A stretch of DNA of 64,000 nt from the human T2T-CHM13v2.0 reference genome, Homo sapiens (GCF_009914755.1 NC_060945.1); one strand, 5' to 3'. Counted from the stretch's first letter, positions 48,454 through 63,150 are shown. The notes: generated by a model from the letters alone, not told the origin. Made by a program: numbers and translations.

Positions 48454-49881
48454 ACAGTTTTCTTTCAATTTCCTATTATGATAAATATTTTTTCCCTTCT
48501 CATTACCTCATTCCCTCAGAATCACATATCAAACCTGTTTTTGGGAAAAAATGTAAAATTGAAGTTCTATGTCAGCCAATCTTCAGAAGGATTAGGGAAA
48601 AATAGAACACAAATATATCTCAAAGTATATCCAGTAGGACCCAAATAAACTAATGCCTAGCTTAAAGAGAAGAGCTAACCCTGTGTCTTACCATTTTTCA
48701 GAGCTATGGGACAGTCATTTAAGGAATATGTCTCTCATTTCCTACATTTACAGGCTTTACTATTCTTACAGAAAAAAAAATCAAAATAATATAAACACAT
48801 TCATAAAGCTTCAACCTCATAGATATGTATGCAATCTTGGAAGCATCTTCTCTTAACTTCAGGTTTTCAATTATTTCAAAAGTGAACATTTACCTTCTCC
48901 AGTGCAGTTTCTGAAACAACAGCTCTTCAATAGAACTCAAGTAGATTTTAACAGTATGTATTCCTTTGGTTGTTTTTTCCTTTGCTTTCTCTCATCTCTC
49001 AAATGTCTTAGTACCTATAGACTCATATATTAAAATATATGCACATAATTATAAACCTTTAAAATGTACTTTTATAAAGGCACTCCTAGCACAATGCATA
49101 AAACAGGTGAGCTATTTTTAATTTCATCATGGGAAATATGGGAAGTTAACGTAGAAGGAGATAAAAAGGATCCCAAGTCATTGTTTTTTATTGGAAAAAC
49201 ACACTAGGTGTTTTGTAAGGAGAGAAAAATCTCTAGAGCATTGAATTGCAACAGAACCTTTACGTAAAGCAGTTTTATTTGAAATATATTGTTCCAGACA
49301 GCAGTGAAAAAAAGAAACCAGTTTTAATCTAAAATGCTTCCAGGCTCAGTCTCCTCTGGCCAATTAATTTGATTTCAGCAATGTTCTGGTTGCCTCTGCT
49401 TAGCAATAGCTATTAAATATAGTGCTGTGCCTTTTGGAAAACTTTTACTTTACATAAGAGCCAAAAGGTAAATCTGTGGAAAATTGGACTAGGAAGTGAA
49501 ATATGATTTTGAAATGGAAACATATATTAGCTCAAACTCTGATAAATGAGGGTCATTTTGAAAAAATATAGGTGACAACAAGTGCCAGTCAGCATCCATC
49601 AGCCATCAGTCACATTTTGACAAAGACTAGGCAAGCCTCATTTACCTATCTACTTAGCTACCTAGGTTTTCAAATATTTCTTTTTTATTTTATTCAAGTT
49701 TGGGGAAGAGATGCCAACATTTTCTGATAACATTAGGATTAACTTCAGTGAGTATTGATTGGAATGTACCAGAATAGGCACTCATATAAAAATGATTAAG
49801 ACACATATAAGATAGTACATGCCCTTTGGGCAATCTAATGTGTAAAATTAGGGAAATCTTATAATACAAGAAGAAATAAAG

Positions 49882-50262
49882 TGTATTATTCCGTTCTCAC
49901 ATTGCTATAAGGAAATACCTGAGACTGGGTTATTTATAAAGGAAAGAGATTTAATTGACTCACAGTTCCACGTGGCTGGGAAGGCTTCAGGAAACTTAAC
50001 AATCCTGGTAGAAGGCGAAGGGAAAGAAAGGCACCCTCTTCACAGGGCGGCAGGAAGCGGAAGTGCCAAGCAAAGGGGGAAAAGCCCTTTATATAAACTC
50101 TCAGATCTCCTGAGAACTCACTCATTATCATGAGAATAGCATGGGGGTAATTGCCCCCATGATTCATTTACCTCCCATCAGGTCCCTCCCACGACACATG
50201 GGGATTGTGGGAACTGCAATTCAACATGAGATTTGGTGGGGGGATACGGACAAACCATATCA
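49882..50262 (-). mobile_element. THE1C/D solo LTR
   Basis: TG...CA termini, tttaattgactcacagttccac, aaaccatatca; 5-bp TSD TAAAG/TAAGG. Confidence 0.9.
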
Positions 50263-50719
50263 TAAGGTGACAGAACTGGTTGTCTATCTCAGCATTAAGT
50301 AATTTAAACAACAACCAGTTATTTAGCTTACAATTCTTATGAGCAGTTGCTGGTCTGTACCAGCCTTTGCTAATCTGGCCTGGGCTTGCCCATGTACCTG
50401 TGGCATTTGGAAGTTCAGTTGTGGCCTAGTTTTAGACTGCCTTAGTCACGTCTTTCCATTTGGCAAATAGCAATAATAACTGCAACTAGGATAATTGGGG
50501 AGGAAGTCAGTTGAATGTGAGAGAATTGGAAATAGAAAGAATAAGCATTTTGGATTTCAAGTTTACTCTATTATAATATAATTAGATTAGCTTATTTTTA
50601 AATGAGCTATTTTTACACTGGTTCATTTTATCCCATCTTGGTCATTTTACTGTTGCCTCAAACAGTAGTTTCTTTCCCCTCCTCCTCCCAGAACTAGTAT
50701 ATATAAAGTCAGATTAAGA

Positions 50720-51350
50720 CCTTACTTATCCATCCAACATCTCATAACTTCTTTAATTTCTTCAAATAGCACATATTCAAAACTTTCAAATATGATTTGC
50801 CTCTTTCTTTTTCTTCTTCCCTTTTCATATTCAATTAGTTGCCAATATCTTCTAAGTACCAGCTCCAGCATCGTTTTCCCGCTTCTATTCCCACTACTTT
50901 CACCATGTCTCAGACTCTCTTTGCTTCTTGCCTGGACTGATGTAATATGTCCCTTGTCAGGCTTATTATATCCAGGTTTGCTCTTCACAATCTACTTACT
51001 GCCTGCAAATCAGTCTTCTTAACTCACAGTTCTGATCGAGCCATTTCCTTCTGCACAAATTTCTATGGTTCTCGATTCTCACCTGAATTTCTCAGCCTAG
51101 TATTAAAAGTTTTCCAGGCTTAGCCCCATTTATGCTTCTAAACTTATTTCCCACTGTTCCACCAATGCTGTGCATCAGCCCAATTGAAAGCTTCAACTTT
51201 CTTTTAAACCCCAAGACATATTTGATCATTCCTACTGCATGGAATATTTTCCCTGGTCTAAAAATTCCCAGCTATGACATTCAGCTCATGTTACTTCCCA
51301 CATGAAGCCTTTTCAATCATCTTAATTGGAAATTCTTATACTCTGAATCA
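50720..51350 (+). mobile_element. LINE-2 fragment
   Basis: tcttgcctggactgatgtaat...tgttacttcccacatgaagcctttt resemble L2; boundaries approximate. Confidence 0.5.
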
Positions 51351-51451
51351 TATTCATGGTTATTCCACCAAAATGATATTCATTTCTATTATAGCTATTT
51401 AAATACATAAAACACACATTTTGCCTTACTTAGGAGGTTATATTTTCCTGA

Positions 51452-51809
<358 letters not shown>

Positions 51810-52139
51810 CAATGTTTTACTTTAATATTACACGTGAACATGAAAAATTGTTCATAGTGTTTGGGGACCATTATACATTATGAAAATGGGGATAGAAGAT
51901 AATTTCTAGCAAGGAAGTAAACATATTAAATTTTAGATAAGAGTCCTGAAAGACCAACATGTAGACTATTTTGGTAAAGAATAAAAATACAGCAAGAGGG
52001 ATCGATGTTGAAAAGGTCTAGAAGACAAATAACCAAAGATGAGGGCTTAGAATGTGGTATTAAGTCATAGAGCATCAGAGAAGAGGAAGATATTATGAAT
52101 GTTAAATCAACAAAACATGCTGACTACTCAAGAAAGGCT

Positions 52140-52617
<478 letters not shown>

Positions 52618-52680
52618 TCAAAGGAAAAAAAACACAAGTGTGTGATATAAAAATAATAATTAGTTCAGTTTTAAACACCA

Positions 52681-53624
52681 TGTAGCTATTTATTGTTGCA
52701 TAATCATCTCAGAACATGACTTAAGACAGTGAACATTTATTATCTCACAGTTTCTGTGGGTCAGAAATTTAGGAGTACTTTCCTGGGTGATTCTGGGTCT
52801 GAGCCACTCATGAGGTTGCAATCAAGATACTGGTCAGGACTATAGGCATCTGAAGGATTGGCTGGAACTGAAGAATCTGCTTCCAAACTCACTGCTATGA
52901 TTTGGATGCTTGTACCTTGCAAATCTCATGTTGACATTTGATCACCAATGTTGGAGTTGGGGCCTATTGGTACGTGTTTGGGTTATGGGAGCAGATCCCT
53001 CATGAATAGATTAACACCCTCTCTGAGGGAGTGGTGAGTGATTTCTAACTCTATTAGTTCCTGCAAGAGCTAGTTATTTAAAAGAGCCTGTCACCTTCCC
53101 CTTCTCTCTCTTTCTTCTTCTCTTGGCAAGTGATCCCTGCACGTGCTGGCTCCCCTTTGCCTTTTACCATGAGTTGTAGCAACCTGAGGCTCTTACTGGA
53201 AGAAGATACTGGTGCCACGCTTCTTGTTCAGCCTGCAGAAATGTGAGCTGAATAAAACTCTTTTCTTTATACATTACCCAGCCTCAGGTATTTCTTTATA
53301 ACAACACAAATGGACTAAGACATTCACCCATGTGACCGTGGCTGGAGGCCTGCTCCTTACCTCATGAATCTCTCCATAGGGTTATTGGTGAGTACTAACA
53401 ACATGGCAGCTAGCTTACCTCAAGCTAGTGATCCAAGGGAGAGCAAAAAGGAAGTGACTATGCCTGCCATGACTTAGCCAGAAGTCACACATCCCTTCTG
53501 CTATATTCCATTCATTAGAAGCAAGTTGCTAAGTCCAGCTCACACTCAAAGGGTATGACATTAAGCTTCAACTCTTGAAGGGAGGAATGTCAAAAATATG
53601 TGGACATATTTTAGAAACTTCACA
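52681..53624 (-). mobile_element. MLT1F-like LTR split by an MST LTR, itself inside L2-like sequence
   Basis: ttatctcacagtttctgtgggtcagaaatttagg before and acatggcagctagctt...ccagctcacactcaaagg...tgtggacatattttag after the insertion. Confidence 0.8.
52893..53322 (+). mobile_element. MSTB1/MSTC-like solo LTR
   Basis: tgctatgatttggatg...aatctcatgttga...aaatggactaagaca; TSD CTCAC/TTCAC. Confidence 0.88.
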
Positions 53625-54231
53625 GACATGTTGAGTTTGAGTTTTGTGAGGATACACAGATGGAGATATCCAGTAGCTAGGCTACAGTTTAGAATCAAAA
53701 TCTAGAAAGGAGAGCACACATTTGGAAATCATTAGCTATTTGTGGAAATGGAAGCTATGAATGGTGGAAATTTTAGACAAGCTTGAGATCATTCAGAGAC
53801 TATGTGAAGGCTGAAAAGGAAGAGAACCAAATGTGGATGTATGAGGGAGATTTACACAAAAGGCAAAAGCAGTGCAGGAGTCAACTAGTAGGGCTGAAAA
53901 GAAAAAAACAGAATAGTTTTCATTTCTTGTCATAAAATTCAAGAGAAAAATATTGATTTATTCAGAAAATATTGTGTGCCTCAACATTGGGTAACAATAA
54001 TACATCCCAAGAAAATATCAAGTGAAGTAAGAATTATGGTTTTTTCTTAGTTTTTCAATAGTTTATTGGTGACCTTTTTGCAGTTTCAAAGGTCTAGAGG
54101 AGGTAGATGATGGACCACAGTGGCACGCCCAGAGAATGGAGAATGAGGCAGCGATACAGTTGTTCTTGCAAGTTTAGCTGAGAAGCCAAGGAAAGAGAGA
54201 GAGAACCGTGGCATGTGTAAAGGTTTTGCTG

Positions 54232-54617
54232 TCTTTTTCCTTAAGTCATCTCAGGCTTCCATTACAAAATACTGTAGTCTGCGCAGTTTAAACAAAAAAA
54301 AAGTTATTTCTCACAGTTATGGAGGCTGCAAATCTTAGATCAGTGCCAGCATTTGCCCTCTTCCTGGCTTGCAGATGGCTGCTTCTTTCTGTATTCTTAC
54401 AAGATGGAGTGGGCAGGGGGGAGAGGGAGGGTGGATCCCTCCCTTCTCTTCTTCTTATTATAAGGACCCCAATCCCATCATGGGAACCCTGCCCTCATTA
54501 CCTCATTTAAACCTAATTACCTTCTAATGACCCTACCTCCAAATAACATCTTATTAGAGGTTAAGGCTTCAACATATAAATTTGGGGATAGGGGGACACA
54601 GGCATCCCATTCCATAA
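54232..54617 (-). mobile_element. MLT1A0-like MaLR LTR
   Basis: ttatttctcacagttatggaggctg...ttcctggcttgcagatggctg...gcttcaacatataaatttgggg. Confidence 0.8.
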
Positions 54618-54994
54618 CCCTTTCACAATGTTTTTTTTCTCTACTTTGTATTATAAAGTTGTCAACCATGTAATAAGTAGAGACTAGTATAACAAACCCC
54701 ACGTACCCAGCTTCTTTTCTCTCTTGCAACCCCATTTCCTACAAACTATAGGCAGAACATTTTTTTAAATGTAGAATCTTGAGCATGATCTCATGAGGTG
54801 AAAGTCAATAGAAATCAAGGCTAAATGCTCAGAAAATAGATAATAAATGTCTAGTCAGTTTTCATGTACTTCTTTTAATGTTATTCTCACATTCCATAGG
54901 AAATTAGATGCTTTGGAGAAGGGAAATGAGCATGGGATTTTGAGTCAGCAAATCTATCTAGGATGCCATCCACAATATCAGCCCTATGACTTTT

Positions 54995-55114
54995 ATGGCG
55001 AAATTTCTTAACACCACCAACTTGAGCTTCCTTATTTTGGTGACATTGAAAGAGGATACTGAGGTGATAATACTTAAATAAACAATACATAAAGGGCTTC
55101 TTCTAAGAAGTAAC
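54995..55114 (+). repeat. Dispersed direct repeat, copy A (partner 57002-57121)
   Basis: Ungapped 120-bp alignment with about 7 substitutions by eye. Confidence 0.96.
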
Positions 55115-57001
55115 TGAAAAAAGAAATAAATGAAATAACATAAACAGAAATATCTGGAAACCTAAAAAACTGTAGAGTCAACTTACTATCCCCAATGTAC
55201 CAAGAGAAACAGGTACAGGTTAAGTACACTACCTAATATCACTCAGCCAGCAGTAAATGAAAGGGCCTGAATGTTAGTCACCCCACCTCAAATTCATGGC
55301 TCTTTCTGCTTTACTATGTTGTCTTTCTTGCTTATAGGTGATATTCAACGAATAACGGAGGATAAATAAGACTAAATTCCATCCTCTAACTGTACTAGTA
55401 CCTAACGTCTTCATTAGGCCAGTTTTTAAGATTTTTTTAGAACAATTTTGATTTTAGCTGGTAATACAATATGTTTCCCCAATTCACTGTTTTAATACGC
55501 TAATTTTAAAAGTTGAATTTTCTATTGTCCAAAGGCACAGAGCAATTTATGTGTAAAGAATGGGGCTCTAATTCCTGAATCTCTACATCTGCTGTTTCAA
55601 GACATATGGCTTTCTTTTGAAAATACTTAACATATATGGTTTTTAAATGGTTTCTCAGGAATGTTTGAAATAACATGAACATAAATTTTGCAAAAGGAAG
55701 TGTAATAAATGTTTCTAATGCCAATTTAAGAAATGGTTAAAAATAAAACAGTAATCTTTAATCCATCATTCAAAATAAATTCATGCTAGTTTTTAAGATG
55801 ATTGAAACCATCATCTTTAAATTTTTGAATGCATATCTTTTACATTATTTTTAAATAAAATATTTGTGAAATAAACAGCACTTCTTACATTCTGTGTTGA
55901 AACACATTGGGCATTATTTAATTTATTCTTGATGAATTATGGTTATTGCTATGAACCTAAGTTATTTTCATGCTCTGTGACAGAGATGCTATAAGACTTC
56001 TGGAAGCTTGCTTAATCATACATAAGCAGCCAAGCTCCTAAGCTTTTAACTTTAAATCTACTCTTTGTCATTTTTTTATCTCTTCCCATGCTATCAATCA
56101 TCATCATGAGATGTTACATCTTACTGCTATAGTGCACCTTCTTGTTCTGTCCATTCTCTTTCAATTTATAACTTATAACTTCTATGGACCAGAAATTCCA
56201 AAATCAGTGAAGCTAGTTGAATAAGATTGACCCTTAGAAAAGTTGTAGACACAAAACTAAAGACAAGTGGAATGAACATTGAGGACTTCATTTCATGATG
56301 AAATGGATTCTGAGACATAGAAATAAAGAATAGTAAACTACACCGAAGTGGGAATGGCATAAGTCAGAGGATAAGGAATCTTTCCCAAATAACATGCTAA
56401 GTTACCTGCTCCAGGGGAAGCACACAAGTAACAAAAGTGCAAAATAGCTTTCTTTTTTTCCTATACTTGATTCCTACAAATAGGATCTGCAAGAGAAAGA
56501 TTAGATATAGAATTGCAGAATCCATGCTCTTCAAATTCAACATTGTATTCCATCACCCTAAGTAGATGCCTCTTTATGTGGTATATACACTTTACGGCTA
56601 CCACAGGTCCCATCTAAACTATAACTTCACAGATTTAAGGAACAGAATCATAAACGAGGAACTTTCTGCATTCAAGAAATTGTTGTTTCTCTTGAATACC
56701 ATGAGACATAGCTGAGATTACTCACTCCAGATAGTCATTTATCAGGGTTTATTTCCTGTATTTAGTATGTTCATTACATGGTAAACTCATTCCCATTAAC
56801 CAGGAAGCTGATTTTCTCCCAGGTTGACCTCCTTCAAATTACTTTTTTCTTCTCCCCTCAGAGTCTGTGAATCCAATTAAAGAAATTTCCATATGTTCTG
56901 ATCCTATAGTCTTACTAGAATAAGAGTCTTTGGGTTCCTTTCCTGGTCTTGAGCTAGTGAATACTTTCCACACAGAAACAGTTTTAGATCACCTGATGGT
57001 G

Positions 57002-57121
57002 ATGGCAACATTTCTTAACATCACCAACTTGAGCTTCTTTATTTTGGTGACATTGAAAGAGGATACTGAGGCGATAATACTTAAGTAAATAATACATAAA
57101 GGGCTTCTTCTAAGAAGTAAC
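57002..57121 (+). repeat. Dispersed direct repeat, copy B (partner 54995-55114)
   Basis: Same alignment as copy A. Confidence 0.96.
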
Positions 57122-57552
57122 ATGAAGGACATGAGCAGAACACACAAAAGACACAGTCTCTGTTTTCACTCTTACTATAAGATGTTAATTTGTCTTTGAA
57201 CTTATTTATTTCTCTACTCGGCTACTCACAGAAAAGCCACTGGACTTTAGGAAGAAGTGTAATTTAACCAACCCGAGGAAATAAGAAACCAGAAGACCTA
57301 GACTAGAGTGGCCAAGAGCTAATACATATATATTATAATAAATCTTTAGCAAACCACAAAAGTGAACTGCTACATGTATCCAAAAACGTGGGAGAGGAGG
57401 CAATGATCACCTACATCCATGGCTTAACCTGCCAAATGAACACAGGTGCTACCAATAGCCCTATATCTTGGCAGGAGTTGGGGGTGGGTGCTGGGTAGTG
57501 TGTCAGGAGATGAGGGAACTGTGAAAATAACTTAAGAGTTTGGCCTGATAGG

Positions 57553-57987
57553 GACTACATGGGGGTCATGTCCAGATCTACCTTCTGATCCTGAGCCAGA
57601 CCAAGCTTCTTTCATTATAGTGTGACTGCTGTGCTGGTAAAATATCAATCATTTTGCATTTTGGTTACTTGTGTGCTGCCCCTGAAGCAGATAACTTAGC
57701 ATGTTAATGCCCTCTAATTTCTCACCTATAAAGCTTGAGGTCCAAATTCATCCTCCATTACAAATCTTAGAAACCTAATCATGAAACGGTCCTTGCATTA
57801 CTATTGAGTTTGGGGATGAGAATTACTCACTCACTGTCATGGAAATCACTAAAAATTATAAAACTGGTTTGTGTTTTAGGAGCACAGCAGTTGCATTCCA
57901 GAACAGAAGAAGCTTGGTCTGGCTCAGGTTCCAGCCAGAAAGCCTGAGCTCTCAGAAGGTAGATCTGGACATGACCCCAATCTAGTC
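57553..57987. repeat. Long inverted repeat (arms ~57553-57670 and ~57841-57987)
   Basis: Perfect reverse-complement blocks 57562-57588/57952-57978 (27 bp) and 57590-57611/57907-57928 (22 bp); inner arms more diverged. Confidence 0.95.
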
Positions 57988-59089
57988 TTGTGACAAGAAA
58001 AATCACTCTAGGACCAACAAGGATTAAGAAAATGTGTCTGATAACTGCCCTTACCCACAATAATACAAATAAACAAATAAACATTTTGAGCAAAATTATG
58101 AAATGAATCAGAACTCCAGAATCTTCCTGTCATCTGAGGAAATAAAGCCAAAATAGCAGAATGTAGTAAAATGTTTATAAAATCAAATACCAAAAGGGAA
58201 ATACCCCTAGACCATGAACACAAGAGTGATTACCAAGGAAAAGGACAGTAGATCTGACATGACTGGATCCATCGTTCACGTACTATGCTTTCAACATCAA
58301 AGATGCTGAAATCAGTAAATGAAAAGTAGTTGGTCCAGCTTGCAATGCCAGAAGCTTTTTGCTCTAAACAAGGCCTCCAAATACATTAAAATAACTTGGA
58401 AGAGAACAAACTATGGCCTCCGTAACCTCTTTTCTACCAAGCAGATTCACTTTTCTTGTGAATATGTCAGACAGTTCCAGAAAAAAGTGGGTGGTAGAGG
58501 ATGATAAAAGATATCTGAGATATACAAGTACTAAGCAGAAAACATTACAAGAAAAATAAATAGATAAGACAGATAAACTTTAATAAACTTTTATAAGAAA
58601 GTAGGAAAATGAATTTGCCAACTAGTTTATGAAGTTGCTATAATCTTGATAAATAAACTAAATATGAAGTAAGATACAATAAGAAAGCTAGTCCAAATCC
58701 AAAAAAATGTAATGTTTAGAGATACAGATATAATGATGCTCATGGAGAAATTTTTTCAATCATGCAAAGATGATTTAATCTCATCTGTGCAATTCAATTT
58801 ACCACAGAAATAAAAGAGAAAAAAACACAATCTTCTGAATAAATGCAAAAATATATATATATATAAAATAACATTCAAGGCCTACATATGATTTTGAGAA
58901 AAGGGGAAAAACTCATGCTAAACTGAAAGCAGATAGTTTCCCTGCTTTAATGAAAACTATGATACTGCAGCAGGTGTCCTACTTAATGAAGAAACTAGGT
59001 GTGCGATTAGACAAGGATGCTCAGAACTGCTACTATATTTCTAGAGCGAACATGAGATTCTAGTTAAAGCAATAATATAAGGGAAAAAA

Positions 59090-59257
59090 GTCCAGGCACT
59101 CTGGCTGACCCCTGTAATCCCAGCACTTTGGGAGTCTGAGGCAGGAGGATTGCTTGAGCCCAGGAGTTTGAGGTTACAGTGAGCTATGATCGCACCACTG
59201 CACTCCACGTTGGGCAACAGAGCAAGGCCCTGTCTCAATAAAAAATAAAAATTAAAA
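59090..59257 (+). mobile_element. FRAM/FAM-like Alu monomer
   Basis: Single monomer with ttgagcccaggagtttgaggttacagtgagctatgatcg and A tail. Confidence 0.82.
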
Positions 59258-59443
59258 ATCTTAAGGTGTAGTGGTTGGAAAACAAGGAGTAAAAATATCT
59301 CTATATGCAGTTGGTAAATAATTTTTGCACAACCAAAAGAATCCTCAAACCCTTAGAACTATTAAATGTGTTCATCAAGTTTGTCGAATATAAGATTAAT
59401 ACGCAAAACAATAACAACAACAACAAAAACTGTTCCTCAACGC

Positions 59444-59669
59444 CAATGATTATCAAAATGGGGATGATTTTTCCTGCTAGCAGACATTTGACAAAATATG
59501 AAAACATTCTCGTTATCACAGTTGGGCGGTGTGAGAGGTGGGTGCTATAGCCATCTAGTGAGTAGAGACCAGAGATGCTGCTAAATATCTTACAATGCAC
59601 AGGACAGCCTCCTATAATGAAGAATTATCCAAGCCAAAACATTAATTACAAGGCTGTTGAGAAATGCTG
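59444..59669 (+). mobile_element. MER20
   Basis: gacatttgacaa...gccatctagtgagtagagaccagagatgctgctaaatatcttacaatgcacaggacagcc. Confidence 0.9.
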
Positions 59670-61208
59670 CTCCTCATCAGAACACTAACCAGTGAAAAAA
59701 TGTTATAAAAAATGAGAAAACCTTCACAATAGCAATACAAACTATAAAGTATGTACAGATAACCTAACAAGATATTTACACGAGCTTAATGGAGAAAATG
59801 TTAAGCTCTCTTCAATGGCCGAAATGAGACAGTATTTTATATTTGTGACTGTACTTATTTAATTTAATAAAATTATTAATTATTTTCTAAAGTCACCAAT
59901 ATATTTTTTAAATACAATTTTTTAAAATTATCAATATTTGAAGAATTTGTTAATCTGATTCTGAAGTTTCTAGTAGGGTAGCAGAGGAATCTTACCCTTC
60001 ATTTTTTGGGTAGTTGGTAACTTCTCCAAAAAGTATAATATAAAACAAGATGTAGAAACAAATAGGAGTGCAGTATTTACAGGCATCGATTTCTTAGCCC
60101 AGTGACAATTGTAGCAATCTTCAATATATAGAGTTTAGCTTATTTGAAGATAACCAAAGTTTTGCATCTTAAAGAATAAAATTACAGATCTATGCTCACT
60201 AGAAAATTAGTTTTTAAAACAATATTCATGGTATTTTAACATCGTTGTTTAAAGCATGCATCCTATAGCTGCACACTAAATAAAGACGAAATGATCAGAT
60301 AGAACGTTTGAAATGTCATTTTTCCTTTGCTCTTCCCTAACATGGCATTCTGCTAATTTTAGTGCATGTTTTATATCAAAACTCTCTAACTCTAATCTCC
60401 CAGAAACTGATTAATCTGCATTAATAGCCTTTCTGGGAAGTTGTAAGTTTAATCAATTTTTATTTGATAAGGGTCTCTAATGCTTTTAGCGATGGGTGAC
60501 TTACTGAGCAACAAACTGTTTCAAAACCATCAGCATTTTCTGAAGTTATGTCAGATGTTGATAAAGTGAAATTCCTCATACAATACAGGAATGTGATTCT
60601 CAATTCTTTATCCACCGAGTTTAACAAAGATAGAGGGCCCTCAAAATGTTATCCAAATACTGAAGAGAGATAACTTATTAAAACAGTATTTCTTCATAAT
60701 CTGGACACTTTTGGTTCCAGATAGTGCAGGCTATTTTCTCAATGACCTGATGGAGCTATAGAAGTCGCTGTTTGACTTGGTTTTCAAATGTCTATCCACT
60801 ACAATGAAGATGTTAACTGTGGTTAACTGTCACTTTTTGCACTGAATGCCCTACCTCTGAGCTGCACCCTAATTCACTATATCTGAACAGTTTTTTTAGA
60901 GTTTCATAACCCTTTACATCAACCATCTTATATTATCCTCACAACAACCTTACAAGGTAAAAGAGAATAGGAATGTTGCTTTACCAGTGGGGAAATGAGC
61001 TCAATGACCTTATGTCCTCCAAAGTTTTGATGGTTTTGTACTAACTCCTACCACTTTTTATCTGGGAGCGCTCCCATCCAATCTGTCAGGACACACCAAG
61101 TGGCTTGATGTGAGCAGGATGCAATTTGTGGCTGGTAGACTTGCAGGATTCTTGAGGGTAAAGCCCTCTTATTCTTCTCTGTGTCCTCAGTGCCCAGTGT
61201 AATACCTA

Positions 61209-61993
61209 TGTAGAGGACAAGAAATATACTTCCTCATTCATCACTAGATGTATGGCTGAAGCCCCTATTATAAAAGACAGAATATCAGGAGAAAACCATA
61301 CAAATGTATTTAATGTAAGTTTTAAAAGAAACTAATATAAGTTTTCCTTATTAAGGAAATGAAGACCCAGAAAAATGAGTTTACCTGTGTATTTTTTTCT
61401 TTTTGATACATTCTTCTTATGTTACCCAAGCTGCAGTGCAGTGGCATGATTGTAGCTCATTGAAACCTTGATTTCCTGGGCTCAGCCTCCCGAGTAGATG
61501 GGACTATAGGCACATACCCCCACACCCAGCTAATTTTTTGTACAATGCCCAGGATGGTCTTGAACTCCTGAGCTCAAGTAATCTGCCTGCTTTGACCTCC
61601 CAAGCGTACCTCTATCTTTTTTTAATGCTAAGTTTGATGAAGCAGATAGTCACGAAGATGTAGAGTCGGACAAAGGGGCTATGAGCTAATGGTAATAAAC
61701 CGGGGGAACTTAGCAAGTCCTGTTTGTTCATATCCTTCTCTGTGTCCCTTCTCTGTGTCCCTGTGTCTTCAGATATAAGGATGTTCCTTTCCTCCAGGTA
61801 TAGGGAGGGCATCTCTCAAATGAAGATCTTATGACCTGCTTCAGGGGAAGGTCAGAAAATTCTCCCTAGGATTTATTACCTGCTTTGAGGGAGAAGGGCA
61901 GCAAAAAATCAAAGAAGACTTTTCCTACTTCTTTGGTTTTCTCAAATTCCTTACTTTAAAAGGTTTGAAGGTAGCATGTCCTGAACCCCATCA
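61209..61993 (-). mobile_element. MER39/MER34-family ERV1 solo LTR with nested Alu
   Basis: TG...CA termini, reverse-complement start TGATGGGGTTCAGGACATGCTACC, 4-bp TSD CCTA at 61205-61208 and 61994-61997. Confidence 0.8.
61392..61605 (-). mobile_element. Degenerate AluJ with internal deletions
   Basis: gcagtggcatgattgtagctca...ggtcttgaactcctgagctcaag. Confidence 0.8.
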
Positions 61994-62011
61994 CCTATAT
62001 GCATACAGAAA

Positions 62012-62089
62012 TCACACACATGCATGCACATGCACACACACAGACACACGCACACACACAGACACACGCGCACACACACACACACACAC
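62012..62089. repeat. Imperfect (CA)n microsatellite
   Basis: Directly visible. Confidence 0.9.
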
Positions 62090-62701
62090 TTTTATTTAAA
62101 TTAAATTCTGAACTCCAGTGGTCTGTTCCTCTGCTGCCACCCACTGCCCCAGCAAGCCCACACAGCTTTACACACCATATGGGCCTAGAGTTTTCAAATT
62201 ACTTATTTGGCAATGTACGACCCCAAACACTCTGCTTTCTCTCAAATCCACATCTGTATGCCTTTACACCTAGTATTTCTTTCCCTCTTTGTCTTGCAGA
62301 ACTAAGTCCCCCTCTTCCTTCCAGATGCAGGCCAAATGTCAGCTCTTCTCTGATTCCCACCTCAGGCAAGATCAAGGAGTAAATCACTCCCTGCCATCCC
62401 ACCCTTTACTGCCCTCAATTATTGCAGAGCAAGATAAGATCTGTGCTGTAAGTGGCTGGTCTTAGGAGAGATTATAACACTGAAGTGCTTGAAGAAAATG
62501 AAGAAAACCATTCTGTTTGACATTATTTAAATAAGCTGTTTCAATGAAGATTTACTGCCCTGTATTCAACAGAAAATTTTAGTGCCCGAGTAACATCCCT
62601 TTGTTTAAGAATTAAAATTAAAAGACTAACTCCAGAATGGAAGGCAAAAAGAGTGTTCCAATGCTATAGAACCACTTTTTAGTATCATGCAATTTCCACA
62701 T

Positions 62702-63150
62702 TGCTATGATTTTAATATGGCTTGGCCAAAACCTCATGTCGAAAATTTGGTCCCCAATGTGGCAGTGTTGGAAGTGGGATAAAATGGAAGGTGTTTGGGT
62801 CATGGGGGCAGGTCTCTCGTGAACAGACTAATGCCCTTCCTCAGGGATGAAGGAGTTCTCCCTCTCAAGAAAATGGATTGGTTCCAATGAGAGTGGGTTG
62901 TTTAAAAACAGTATGGCTTTCTTGGCTTCTCTCTCTCTTGCTTCCTCTCTCACCATATGGCCTCTGCACACACCAGCTCACCTTCTGCTTTCTGCCATGA
63001 GTGAAAGCAGTATGAGGCCCTCACCAGATGCAGCTGTCCATTCTTGGACTTTTCAGCCACCAGAATCATAAGCCAAATAATCTTCTTTTTTTTTTAATAA
63101 ATTACCCAGCCTTGGATATTCTGTTACAGCAATAAAAAACAGACTAACAT
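62702..63150 (+). mobile_element. MSTB2/MSTC-like solo LTR
   Basis: tgctatgattttaatatgg...aaacctcatgtcgaaa...gaggccctcaccagatgcagc...aattacccagc...acagactaa. Confidence 0.85.

Larger units (their letters stand above)
58560..59960 (+). mobile_element. Ancient L1M ORF2 fragments hosting a FRAM/FAM and MER20
   Basis: ttagacaaggatgctca, ttagaactattaaatgtgttcatcaagtttgtcgaatataagattaat, ttcacaatagcaat. Confidence 0.55.
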
